From Bacteroidota bacterium (lineage in GTDB: Bacteria; Bacteroidota; Bacteroidia; Chitinophagales; LD1), in contig CANJVG010000004.1 in the NCBI GenBank assembly GCA_947478005.1, positions 3,092-67,091 of the forward strand: 64,000 nucleotides of DNA, written 5' to 3'. The translations under genes and the position numbers were made by a program. The number at the start of each line of letters is the position of its first letter. The stretch's first letter is position 1. Below, in pieces: positions 16,697-26,148 of the stretch. Under the pieces are notes generated by a model. That model did no database searches, was not told the DNA's origin, and saw only the letters and a list, made by a program, of their open reading frames with translations.

Positions 16697-19600
16697 TTAG
16701 CTGTTAGCCTTCTTACTTCTGTCCATCAAATCAACCATGATTGGTGATGCGATGAAGATAGAAGAATAAGTTCCTACCACTAAACCAATCAAAAGGGCGA
16801 ATGCAAATCCTCTGATCGGGCTTCCACCGAATAAGAAGAGAATCAATGCTACCAAGAACACGGTTACTACCGTCATAATGGTTCGGCTCAATGTTTGGTT
16901 GATAGAATCATTTGTGTTTTGAGTAAGGGTGCGTGTAGGGTGCAATCCAACCGATTCACGAATACGGTCAAATACCACCACAGTATCGTTCACCGAGTAA
17001 CCGATAAGGGTAAGTACCGCTGCAACGATGTTCTGGTCAATTTCCAGAGAGAATGGTAACACGTGACGGAAAAGCGAGAAAATACCCAATACTAATACAG
17101 GATCGTGAATCAAAGCCACAATAGCACCGGTAGCATACTGCCATTTTCTGAATCGCACAAAAATGTAAAGGAACACACCTCCTAAACTGAATACAATCGC
17201 CCATATAGCACTCTTACGAATATCATCTGCGATAGTAGCTTCAATCTTAACCGAGCTCTTTACATTCTTCACACGGAACTCTTCAATAGATGGAGCTTGA
17301 GCAAACAAAGGTTTAACGCCTTCGTAAATTCTTGCTTCAACAATACTGTCTGTCACAGGTCCTGCTGAATCTACCAGGAAGGCTGTAGTTACAGAAACCT
17401 GATTATTACTACCGTAAGTCTTAACTTGCGGAGCACCTGCTAACGGTCCTTCCAATGATTTGGAAACTCCTTCGGTAGTTACATCTTTATCAAACTGAAT
17501 CACATAACTACGACCGCCTTTAAAGTCAACACCTAAATCGAAACCATAAAATACCATCGAAGCAAAAGATACCGCGAAGATGATAGTAGAAATAGTGTAC
17601 GTCAGTTTTCTTTTTCCAATGAAATCGAAGTTGATGTGCTTGAATAAATCCATCGTGTATTTGTTGCCGAATGTCACATTCCAGTTGCGGTTGAATGCAG
17701 AGTCGAAGAAAATTCGAGATACTAATACCGCAGTGAACATGGAAGTTATAAGACCCCAAACCAACACATAGCCGAAGCCCTGTACGGCACCAATACCGAA
17801 GATAGTCAGTACAATACCAATAATCATGGTAGTTAAGTTACCGTCAATGATGGCGCTGTAAGAGTGGCTGTAACCTTCATCAACTGCCAAGCGTATTCCT
17901 TTACCACGTGCAATTTCTTCGCGCACACGCTCGTTGATGATTACGTTCGCATCTACCGCCATTGCAAGCGTAAGGAGGATACCCGCCATTGCCGGAAGAG
18001 TGAAGGATGCACCATGAGCAACCATGTAGCTAACAAGGAAGAATAAGTTCAGGAACATCGCAATGTTGGCAATAGCTCCTGAGCGGCTGTAATACATCAC
18101 CATGAAAATGAACACCATTAAAAATCCAAGTAACAGAGAGATTAAACCGGCCTTAATAGATTCAGCACCCAGGGATGGTCCTATTACCTGCTCTTCAATC
18201 ACTACAGTTTTAGCTTCGAGCTTACCGCTCTTTAATATGTTTGCTAAGTCAACTGCTTCTTCTAGGTTATCAATACCGGTAATATTAGAATGACCACCTG
18301 ATATTTTCTGTTGCACACGAGGTGCTGAGAATACACGGTTATCCAAAACGATAGCAATGCATTTCTTAACGGTCTTTCCGCCAGCATTACCGTTTACCGC
18401 AGCTTCAGTCATTTTCTCCCATTTAGCAGAACCAAGCGCATTCATAGCAATGTCAACTTCAGGGGTTCCAAATTGGTCGAATGACTGGTAAGCATCGGTA
18501 ATTACATCTCCACCAAGCGGTGCTTCAGGTGTTGCGGGATTTGCCTGTATAGCATACAAACCATAAACACTTCCATCTTTTACAATAGAGTGTGCACTCC
18601 AAAGCAATTTTAAATTACGAGGTAAAGCTGTACGTACAATTTCTCTTGCCAACAAGCGATTTATTTTTGCTGTATCTTTTCCTAAGGCACGACCAACCAT
18701 TGGGCCATCTCCTGCATCTTTCCCGTCTTGGGTAATGTTAGGGTAAAGTACTTCCCATAATGGGTTAGAGTTTTTGTCTGAAGTATCTGTTTTTGCTTTT
18801 TCATCCTTCTTGTTAGAAGCTAAAGTAGTATCGTTGAATAGAACAGAGCCAGTGTTAGTAGTATCAACAGCAGCACCACCTAAAGAATCAGCAGCTACCT
18901 TTTTAGCAGCACGTTCAGCGCGCAAAGCAGTGTTTGCATCGCCAAGGTAGTTCAATACCTCTTTGGTTTCATAAGTATCCCAAAATTCCAATTGAGCAGT
19001 TTGTTGTAACAATTTACGAACACGTGCAGGGTCATCTACACCCGGCAATTCGAGTATGATACGACCGGTGTTTTCCTGTAAAGAAATATTTGGAGAAGCT
19101 ACACCAAACTGGTCGATACGGGTTTTTAATACGTTGAACGTATTGTGGATAGCACCGTCAAAATCTTTGCGTAATACTGTAATAACCTCTGCATTAGAAG
19201 AGTTGATATTTATTTTCCCTTGGTAAGATTCGATAGGTGCAAACACTGCAGCCAGTTTGGCATCCTTGTTCAACTTTTCAAATTCCTGTTGGAAAAGGGT
19301 TAAGAAATCAGCCTGTGAGTTAGCCTGTTCCTTTTTAGCATTCACCAAGGCTTGATTAAACTGAGGATTACGGGTGCCATAAGCTAATCTACGCAATACA
19401 TCATCTTCCGAAATTTCCATTATCAAACTCATACCGCCTTTTAAGTCAAGACCTAAAGAAAGAGCATGCTCGCGGCAGAACTTGTAAGTAAAGAAGTCCT
19501 TCAATCCCGGAACATTCACTACCGGAATCCCTGAAACGGAGTCCAGATAATTTCTGCGATATTGTTTAGCTACAATATCTACTGAATCGCGAAAGGCTAC

Positions 19601-19771
19601 TTCTTGTGCCGGAGTTAAACCTGTTGGAACTGTTTTGTTAACCATGGTTGCTCCGTAAGCATCTGCTTTACGCTCTACCCAGCCAGCCAGGAAAGTGTAA
19701 GACAACTGATAAAGACAGGCAAACACTAACACAATAGTCAAGGCCTTAATGACTCCTCTTAAATTCTGCAT
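16697..19771 (-). CDS. secDF: protein translocase subunit SecDF (fused)
   Basis: 1024 aa. An N-terminal TM helix plus a large periplasmic domain, then two 6-TM SecD/SecF-like blocks (GPSLGAESI..., DANVIINERVREE, NDTVVVFDRIRE). Confidence 0.9.
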   Translation of the reverse strand: MQNLRGVIKALTIVLVFACLYQLSYTFLAGWVERKADAYGATMVNKTVPTGLTPAQEVAFRDSVDIVAKQYRRNYLDSVSGIPVVNVPGLKDFFTYKFCREHALSLGLDLKGGMSLIMEISEDDVLRRLAYGTRNPQFNQALVNAKKEQANSQADFLTLFQQEFEKLNKDAKLAAVFAPIESYQGKININSSNAEVITVLRKDFDGAIHNTFNVLKTRIDQFGVASPNISLQENTGRIILELPGVDDPARVRKLLQQTAQLEFWDTYETKEVLNYLGDANTALRAERAAKKVAADSLGGAAVDTTNTGSVLFNDTTLASNKKDEKAKTDTSDKNSNPLWEVLYPNITQDGKDAGDGPMVGRALGKDTAKINRLLAREIVRTALPRNLKLLWSAHSIVKDGSVYGLYAIQANPATPEAPLGGDVITDAYQSFDQFGTPEVDIAMNALGSAKWEKMTEAAVNGNAGGKTVKKCIAIVLDNRVFSAPRVQQKISGGHSNITGIDNLEEAVDLANILKSGKLEAKTVVIEEQVIGPSLGAESIKAGLISLLLGFLMVFIFMVMYYSRSGAIANIAMFLNLFFLVSYMVAHGASFTLPAMAGILLTLAMAVDANVIINERVREEIARGKGIRLAVDEGYSHSYSAIIDGNLTTMIIGIVLTIFGIGAVQGFGYVLVWGLITSMFTAVLVSRIFFDSAFNRNWNVTFGNKYTMDLFKHINFDFIGKRKLTYTISTIIFAVSFASMVFYGFDLGVDFKGGRSYVIQFDKDVTTEGVSKSLEGPLAGAPQVKTYGSNNQVSVTTAFLVDSAGPVTDSIVEARIYEGVKPLFAQAPSIEEFRVKNVKSSVKIEATIADDIRKSAIWAIVFSLGGVFLYIFVRFRKWQYATGAIVALIHDPVLVLGIFSLFRHVLPFSLEIDQNIVAAVLTLIGYSVNDTVVVFDRIRESVGLHPTRTLTQNTNDSINQTLSRTIMTVVTVFLVALILFLFGGSPIRGFAFALLIGLVVGTYSSIFIASPIMVDLMDRSKKANS

Positions 19772-19923
19772 TTTTATTTATGTTTTTACTTAAAAATAAA
19801 CTCTGGTTTAAAACAGAGCGGGCGCAAATATAGAAGAATGAGTGTAATATGAAAGCGGTGGAAACTGCCCCCGAAAATTCGCGAAAATAATTGAAGAAAG
19901 GCACGAATCACTATTATTGCTTC

Positions 19924-20904
19924 ATGAGTGAATTAAGATGGAATCCTTTGCTTGATACCTGGACGATGGTAGCCCCCAACCGGCAGCATCGTCCCCACAT
20001 GCCCAAAGACTATTGCCCATTTTGCCCTTCGCAAAACAAAGCGCTGCCGAAGTATGATGTGATGATGTATGAGAATGATTTTCCGGTAATGACTTTGGAA
20101 AAGATCAAAGATCAAAGACCAAAGACCAAAGAAAATACGATTTTCAGAAGTGCTGAAGCTGTTGGCAAGTGCGAGGTAATTTTGTATTCCCCTGACCACA
20201 ATAAGAAACTGTATCAGTTGAGCATTCAGCATGTTTGCAAGATTGTGCTTTTGTGGCATCAGCGTTTTTCGGAATTGTCAAAAGACAAACGCATTAAATA
20301 CATCTTTCCATTTGAGAATAAGGGAGAGGAAGTAGGTGTAACCATGCCTCACCCCCACGGACAGCTCTATGCCTATTCGTATGTTCCGGCAAAGATTCGT
20401 GAGGAGTTGAAGAATGCCAAGAAATATTATCAGCAAAACGGCAAAAGCATTTTTGCGGATTTGAACAAGGCGGAGATTAAATATATGAAGCGGGTGGTGT
20501 ATGAAAATGACAGCTTTATTGCCTATATTCCTTACTTTACTGATTATCCTTTTGGTGTTTATGTGGTTGGCAAGAAATTGATTGCCGGGTTGCATAAGTT
20601 CCGTTTGTCTGAAACACTTGATTTAGCTGATATGCTGCGTAAACTTACTGCAGCTTTCGATAAGGTTTACGACCGACCCTTTCCTTACATGATGTGTCTT
20701 TATCAGGCCCCGGTAAATGATAAGGCTTATGAAGATGCTGAAAAGTATTATCCATTCCATATCAAATTCTTTCCTCCTCTTCGTGCTAAGGATAAAGTAA
20801 AGTGGTACGCTGGCAGCGAAATGGGTGCCGGAGCAGCAGCCAATCCATTAGATGTAGATGCCTGTGCTGAGATTTTGCGAAGTAAAATAAGCAAGAAGAA
20901 GTGA
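19924..20904 (+). CDS. galT: galactose-1-phosphate uridylyltransferase
   Basis: CPFCP zinc motif and the HPHGQ active site. The start was moved from the TTG at 19891 to the ATG at 19924 (MSELRWNPLL). Confidence 0.85.
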   Translation: MSELRWNPLLDTWTMVAPNRQHRPHMPKDYCPFCPSQNKALPKYDVMMYENDFPVMTLEKIKDQRPKTKENTIFRSAEAVGKCEVILYSPDHNKKLYQLSIQHVCKIVLLWHQRFSELSKDKRIKYIFPFENKGEEVGVTMPHPHGQLYAYSYVPAKIREELKNAKKYYQQNGKSIFADLNKAEIKYMKRVVYENDSFIAYIPYFTDYPFGVYVVGKKLIAGLHKFRLSETLDLADMLRKLTAAFDKVYDRPFPYMMCLYQAPVNDKAYEDAEKYYPFHIKFFPPLRAKDKVKWYAGSEMGAGAAANPLDVDACAEILRSKISKKK

Positions 20905-21998
20905 AGCAGTATTTTGCCCCCGGCCGCGTAAACTTAATAGGCGAACACTTAGATTACAATGGTGGCTTAGTTCTTCCTGCTGCTTTAACTATAGGAGTTA
21001 CCGCTACTTTCATTCCACGAAATGATAACCGGATTGTTCTTCGTTCAGCTACTCATAGCTTTAGCAAAGAAGTTTCTTTGGATGATGAAATTGTGTTTGA
21101 TGCAAAGAACGACTGGACGAATTATCCATTAGGAATCATCGCCCAACTCCTAAAGGAGAATCATTCTGTGCCGGCTTGCGAAATAGTTTATGAAAGCAAT
21201 TTGCCCGAAGGTTCGGGTCTTTCCTCTTCGGCTGCTGTGGAAGTATTGACTGCTTATGCTTTGCTGTCGCAAGCAGAATCGAATGTCAATTTGGTTTGGC
21301 TGGCGAACTTTTGCAAACAAGTGGAGAATGATTTCATAGGTGTGAAGTGCGGAATCATGGATCAATACGCGGTGGCCTTGGGAAAGAAAGACCATGCTTT
21401 GCTGCTCGACTGTAATAAAGTTCGGCACGAATACATTCCTTTTGAACTGGGTGATTATAAACTGATGGTGATGAATACGATGAAGCCCCGTTCGTTGATT
21501 CATTCTAAATACAACGAACGAAAAAGTGAATGCGAAGCTGCTTTGCACATTATCCAAACCACTAAGTCGGAAATAGAAAATCTTTGCGAGGCAGATATGT
21601 TTTGGCTCGATGTGTTGACCGATGAGGTACTTCGCAAACGTGCCCGCCATGTTATAAGTGAAAACCTCCGGGTAAAAGAGGCGGCCAAGGTTTTGGAATG
21701 GAACGACCTTTCTACTTTTGGCCGGTTAATGAATGCTTCGCATACTTCGTTGAAGAATGATTATGAAGTTACAGGTATTGAACTGGATACACTTGCAGAG
21801 ACCGCACAAGAGCAGAAAGGATGTTTGGGTGCACGAATGACAGGAGCTGGTTTTGGTGGCTGTGCTATTGCGATTGTACATCAATCGGCAGTCGAGGAAT
21901 TTAAAAATAAGGTGCAGGAGAAATACTTATTGGTTACCGGACTGCATTGCGAAATCTATGAAACACAAATAGGTGATGGAGTTCACCAAATCAACTAA
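20901..21998 (+). CDS. galK: galactokinase
   Basis: GRVNLIGEHLDYNGG galactokinase signature, PEGSGLSSSAA GHMP motif and GAGFGGC. It overlaps the galT stop by 4 nt. Confidence 0.9.
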   Translation: MKQYFAPGRVNLIGEHLDYNGGLVLPAALTIGVTATFIPRNDNRIVLRSATHSFSKEVSLDDEIVFDAKNDWTNYPLGIIAQLLKENHSVPACEIVYESNLPEGSGLSSSAAVEVLTAYALLSQAESNVNLVWLANFCKQVENDFIGVKCGIMDQYAVALGKKDHALLLDCNKVRHEYIPFELGDYKLMVMNTMKPRSLIHSKYNERKSECEAALHIIQTTKSEIENLCEADMFWLDVLTDEVLRKRARHVISENLRVKEAAKVLEWNDLSTFGRLMNASHTSLKNDYEVTGIELDTLAETAQEQKGCLGARMTGAGFGGCAIAIVHQSAVEEFKNKVQEKYLLVTGLHCEIYETQIGDGVHQIN

Positions 21999-22011
21999 AC
22001 TAAACTGAACT

Positions 22012-22593
22012 ATGCTTGGCTTGAAATTACCGACCGACCCGCGCTGGGCCAACCTGGCTGGAAAATCAATTGAGGAAATTCTTACGGACCATGCGTACTG
22101 TGAGCAAAAGGCTACCTCCACCGCTATTTCTTTAATTCAAAACTATCCTGATTTTGAAGCGATGGTAGAGGCTGTTTCGCCAATTGTGAAAGAAGAATGG
22201 GGGCACTTTGAATTGGTGATGGAGCATCTGAAAAAACGGGGTTTGAAACTGGGGCGGCAGCGTAAGGATAAATATGTAAGCGAGTTGCTTACCTACATAC
22301 GCCATGGCGACTCGCGAGGAAATGGACTGGTGGAGAAACTATTGTTTTCGGCTTTGATAGAAGCTCGCAGTTGTGAGCGGTTTAAGTTGCTTTCTAAAAA
22401 TATTGAGGATAAGGAACTGAAATCATTCTATAAAAATCTGATGGTGAGCGAAGCGGGTCACTACCGTTTATTTCTCGATTTGGCTTGCCAAATAGGAGAG
22501 AAGGAAGGGGTGCTGAACCGATGGGAGGAGTGGCTGGAATTTGAAGCAGGTGTAATGCAGCGCCTGGATGTTAGAGGCGACAGGATTCATTAG
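22012..22593 (+). CDS. miaE: tRNA-(ms2io6A37)-hydroxylase MiaE-like diiron protein
   Basis: 193 aa. Ferritin-like ExxH pairs (EEWGHFE, SEAGHY) plus CEQKA and EARSCERF contexts typical of MiaE. Confidence 0.7.
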   Translation: MLGLKLPTDPRWANLAGKSIEEILTDHAYCEQKATSTAISLIQNYPDFEAMVEAVSPIVKEEWGHFELVMEHLKKRGLKLGRQRKDKYVSELLTYIRHGDSRGNGLVEKLLFSALIEARSCERFKLLSKNIEDKELKSFYKNLMVSEAGHYRLFLDLACQIGEKEGVLNRWEEWLEFEAGVMQRLDVRGDRIH

Positions 22594-22630
22594 GAGGCTA
22601 CAATAGACTGAAGGCGTTTACGGAAAAGAT

Positions 22631-22686
22631 CATACAAAAAACAAAGAGCCTAAGGAGATCCTTAGGCTCTTTGTTTTTTGTATGAG
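22631..22686. terminator. bidirectional terminator between convergent genes
   Basis: Long, near-perfect inverted repeat CATACAAAAAACAAAGAGCCTAAGGA-ga-TCCTTAGGCTCTTTGTTTTTTGTATG. Confidence 0.85.
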
Positions 22687-22697
22687 TACAGATGTTT

Positions 22698-24305
22698 TTA
22701 CATCTTTATCAATCTTCTCTTAATGCTCACTTCTCCAGTTTTAAATTCGGCTATGTAAACACCACTTGCCATTTGGCTGATGTCGATGGTTTTATTTTGA
22801 ACTTGCTTGGTTTGGCTTACTAAGCTTCCGTTAGTTTCATAAATGTTCACTTGATCCACAGCGGCACCATTTGTTTCGATAAATAGTTGGCTCGTTGCCG
22901 GGTTAGGGTAAACATTAAGTGCAATCGAGCTTTCTGTTTCCGCAATACCAGTTGCTGTAGCTTCACCTAATTTTACAACCCAAAACTCTGGATGTAGGGC
23001 ACTCCCGTGGTGACCTGTAACATCGCCATCAATAGAGTACGATTTACCTGCCATAGCGAATCCGCCATCTGTTGTTTTAGCAATTGAGTAAGCTAAGTCC
23101 TGACCGCTTCCTCCTAATGATTTCTGCCAAGCGATTACACCTGTGCTTCTCAATTTAACCACCCAGTAGTCGTATAGACCATGATTTTCTGTTACATCTC
23201 CATCATTAGAGTTTGAATAACCTGTTATCGCAAATCCACCATCTGCTGTTTGAACGATAGAAGTAGCTTCATCGCCTCCGCTTCCACCATACGATTTTTG
23301 CCATTGAATTGTTGCTGTGCTGCTCAATTTCACTACCCAGTAATCGCGGTTACCGTGATTCGCTGTCAAATCACCATCAGTAGAGCTTGATTGACCGGCA
23401 ATAGCGTAGCCTCCATCAGTTGTTTGAATAATACCGTAAGCGTTGTCATAATCGCTTCCGCCTAAAGACTTCTGCCATTCCAATGAACCTGTGCTGCTAA
23501 TTTTTACTAACCAGGCATCCACGTTCCAATCCAAACCATGGTTCCCGGTTACATCGCCATCAGTAGAGGCAGAAACACCTGCCAGAGCATATCCACCATC
23601 AGCTGTTTGAATGATTGAATAAGCTTCATCGGTGCTGGTTCCGCCTAATGATTTTTCCCAATCTAAATCGCCATTGCTCTTTAGTTTTACTACCCATATA
23701 TCATTGCTGCCGTGATTAGCTGTAATGTCCCCGTCTGTAGAACGAGAAAGACCTGCTACTGCATAACCACCATCCAATGTTTGAATGACAGAATAAGCCT
23801 GGTCAACATCTGAGCCCCCTAATGATTTTGACCATTCAATAGCCCCTGAACTGTTTAGTTTAACTACCCAGTAATCGCTGCTACCGTGGTTTCCTGAAAC
23901 ATCGCCATTGTTGCTGTCTGAATTTCCGGCAATTACAAAACCGCCATCCGTTGTTTGAACTACTGAATAGGCCCAGTCATATCCATCGCCTCCAAGCGAT
24001 CTTTGCCATTCAATAGCTCCAGCGCTGTTTCTTTTTGCTAGCCAGTAATCAGTACCTCCATGGTTTCCGCTAACTTCTCCACTTGTAGAGTCAGAGTTAC
24101 CGGTTACAGCATAACCTCCATCTGTGGTTTGAATAATGGAGTAGGCTTCGTCATTGCCGCTGCCTCCCATTGGTTTTTCCCATTGTATAACGGGCGATTG
24201 TGCCTTAGCAGCGAAGGTGAATGCTGCTGTAGCGAATAGCATAAGTAACACTTTGCTCATTCTGCTTTTTTCCATTTTAAGGAGTTTTTTGTTATTCGAA
24301 TTCAT
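22698..24305 (-). CDS. T9SS C-terminal-sorting-domain protein with ~9 propeller-like repeats
   Basis: 535 aa. The unit SLGGxxxDxAYSxxQTxDGGYxxAGxSxSxDGDVxxNHGxxDYWVVKLxxxGxxxWxK is repeated about 9 times. C-terminal LNVYPNPATSQLFIE...GVYIAEF. The true start may be an internal Met (MSKVLLMLF). Confidence 0.8.
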   Translation of the reverse strand: MNSNNKKLLKMEKSRMSKVLLMLFATAAFTFAAKAQSPVIQWEKPMGGSGNDEAYSIIQTTDGGYAVTGNSDSTSGEVSGNHGGTDYWLAKRNSAGAIEWQRSLGGDGYDWAYSVVQTTDGGFVIAGNSDSNNGDVSGNHGSSDYWVVKLNSSGAIEWSKSLGGSDVDQAYSVIQTLDGGYAVAGLSRSTDGDITANHGSNDIWVVKLKSNGDLDWEKSLGGTSTDEAYSIIQTADGGYALAGVSASTDGDVTGNHGLDWNVDAWLVKISSTGSLEWQKSLGGSDYDNAYGIIQTTDGGYAIAGQSSSTDGDLTANHGNRDYWVVKLSSTATIQWQKSYGGSGGDEATSIVQTADGGFAITGYSNSNDGDVTENHGLYDYWVVKLRSTGVIAWQKSLGGSGQDLAYSIAKTTDGGFAMAGKSYSIDGDVTGHHGSALHPEFWVVKLGEATATGIAETESSIALNVYPNPATSQLFIETNGAAVDQVNIYETNGSLVSQTKQVQNKTIDISQMASGVYIAEFKTGEVSIKRRLIKM

Positions 24306-24946
24306 GTTGGTTTGTTTTTGTGCCTACTCGTATTTCAGCTTTTCGGCTTACGCTGTTTTTTGTTTCTTATACCGCGAATCGTAAATACATGTTACAGTTT
24401 GTTTCGGTTTCCTTACATTGAAAAACTTGTATCGTAAATGAAAATCTGCGTAGGGTAAAACAAGCTTGGGGTTTTAGTTGCTCTATCATGGGACTCTGTA
24501 GTGAACAGGCAGGTAGCGAATCTCTAGAAGCCTTTGATATATATTGGCTTCTCTACTAAGCATAGAACATAAGTTAATATATGCAAATTGCCTTAGAATT
24601 GGCTCTTTTATAGATATTGTTAAAGCATAGCTTTAATGGGTGATCGCGAAACCATGCTATTAATATAACTTTGGGATTTCACTTATGCGGCTATTGGTTT
24701 TTGATAATCTTTTCGATACCTAGAATATTTCCGTAGAAAATGTCCATAGAATCAATACAAATTTGTTTCAGGTTGGTTGCAGATGCTGGATAGCTTGGCT
24801 ACTTAGCTGGCTCTGTTCTAGGTTACGGAGGTTGTAATATCTTCTAAGACCGAAAAGTATTAACACCGCCAATTCAATTATTTTAGATTTGCATCATTGA
24901 AACCCGTTTTTATTGTATAAAGCGACCAAAACGAAACGTATAATTA

Positions 24947-25609
24947 ATGAGTAACAGTACCCCGGAAGCTATTAGCCGAATTTCTTCGGATAGAAAAAGA
25001 ACGAACCTTTTAAGACATTTAGAGCAGCCGACCATTGCTTTCCTGTGTAGGATAATGCCTCCTTTTATCAGCCCGAATATGCTCACTGCATTTTCGTTAC
25101 TGGCAAGTTTTCTGATTTTTTATGGATTTTGGCTTGGGAAAGACGACTCATATGCACTTTCTATTTCTATTTTGGGCCTTGCGCTTCAGTGGTTTGGCGA
25201 TTCGCTGGATGGTAGAATTGCTTATTACAGAAACATACCGCGTAAATGGTATGGATTTTCGCTTGATATGTATATGGATTGGCTCTCGGTTGTGCTGATG
25301 ACACTCGGCTTTTATTTTTACATGGAGGATGGCTATAAAGTGCTGTCTTTTTTGTTCGTTGCTTGCTATGCAGGCATTATGATTCTTACTTTGTTGAAGT
25401 ATAAAATAGCCAACGTGTATGCCATTGATTCTGGGTTGTTTGGCCCTACTGAATTGCGGATAGGCATTTGTCTGGTTTTGCTTGCGTCTATGTTTTATCC
25501 TTCTGTGCTTACTTATTTTGCCATTATAATTGTTGTCTTTTTATTTGTCATCAATATAGTGGAGTTCAGGAATGTTCTTCGATTGGGAGATGAGCGCGAC
25601 CGCGAATAG
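24947..25609 (+). CDS. CDP-alcohol phosphatidyltransferase family protein
   Basis: 220 aa, polytopic. The GDSLDGRIA...D motif region is partially canonical. Confidence 0.65.
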   Translation: MSNSTPEAISRISSDRKRTNLLRHLEQPTIAFLCRIMPPFISPNMLTAFSLLASFLIFYGFWLGKDDSYALSISILGLALQWFGDSLDGRIAYYRNIPRKWYGFSLDMYMDWLSVVLMTLGFYFYMEDGYKVLSFLFVACYAGIMILTLLKYKIANVYAIDSGLFGPTELRIGICLVLLASMFYPSVLTYFAIIIVVFLFVINIVEFRNVLRLGDERDRE

Positions 25610-25610
25610 A

Positions 25611-26018
25611 ATGGTAAATAGCAAGGAGGAAAAAACACACTGGTTCTATACCTTTTCCAAAGCTCAGTTTTCGGCCTTTACTGGTGGAATGTTTGATTAC
25701 ATGGTGATGATTCTGTTGACGGAGTATGGCAGTATCTTCTATGCCAAATCTATTATAATAAGTGGTTTGCTAGGAGCGGTAGTCAACTTTTCATTGAACC
25801 GTTACTGGACATTTAAAAAGAGGGATGTTTCGAAATTTCGTCAGCTTCGTAAGTTTATCGTGGTCGTGGCAGGGAGTATTGCACTGAAGACTTCGGGGAC
25901 TTATTTGCTTACTGAATTGCTGCATTTAGATTACCGGATCAGCCGTTTGTGTGTAGATGCAGTGGTGTCTTTGGCTTTTAATTACACGCTGCAAAGGTAC
26001 TGGGTGTTTAAGAAATAG
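25611..26018 (+). CDS. GtrA-family membrane protein
   Basis: NFSLNRYWTF and NYTLQRYWVF GtrA hallmarks. The start was moved to the ATG at 25611, directly after the upstream stop. Confidence 0.7.
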   Translation: MVNSKEEKTHWFYTFSKAQFSAFTGGMFDYMVMILLTEYGSIFYAKSIIISGLLGAVVNFSLNRYWTFKKRDVSKFRQLRKFIVVVAGSIALKTSGTYLLTELLHLDYRISRLCVDAVVSLAFNYTLQRYWVFKK

Positions 26019-26048
26019 AGCAACACCTCGCGTCAAAACTCGCAAAGC

Positions 26049-26114
26049 GTTTTTATCCTCCTGCGTCTCGCAAGGAGCAGTGAGCCATCTCCCCCAAATG
26101 AAGACAAATAGCCG
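26049..26114 (-). repeat. REP-like dispersed element, inverted copy of 7588-7676
   Basis: The reverse complement reads CGGCTATTTGTCTTCATTTGGGGGAGATGGCTCACTGCTCCTTGCGAGACGCAGGAGGATAAAAAC. It aligns to 7588-7676 with one ~24-nt indel. Confidence 0.65.
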
Positions 26115-26148
26115 ATCTCTGATTGTATTTTTACTTTTTGACTTTGCC

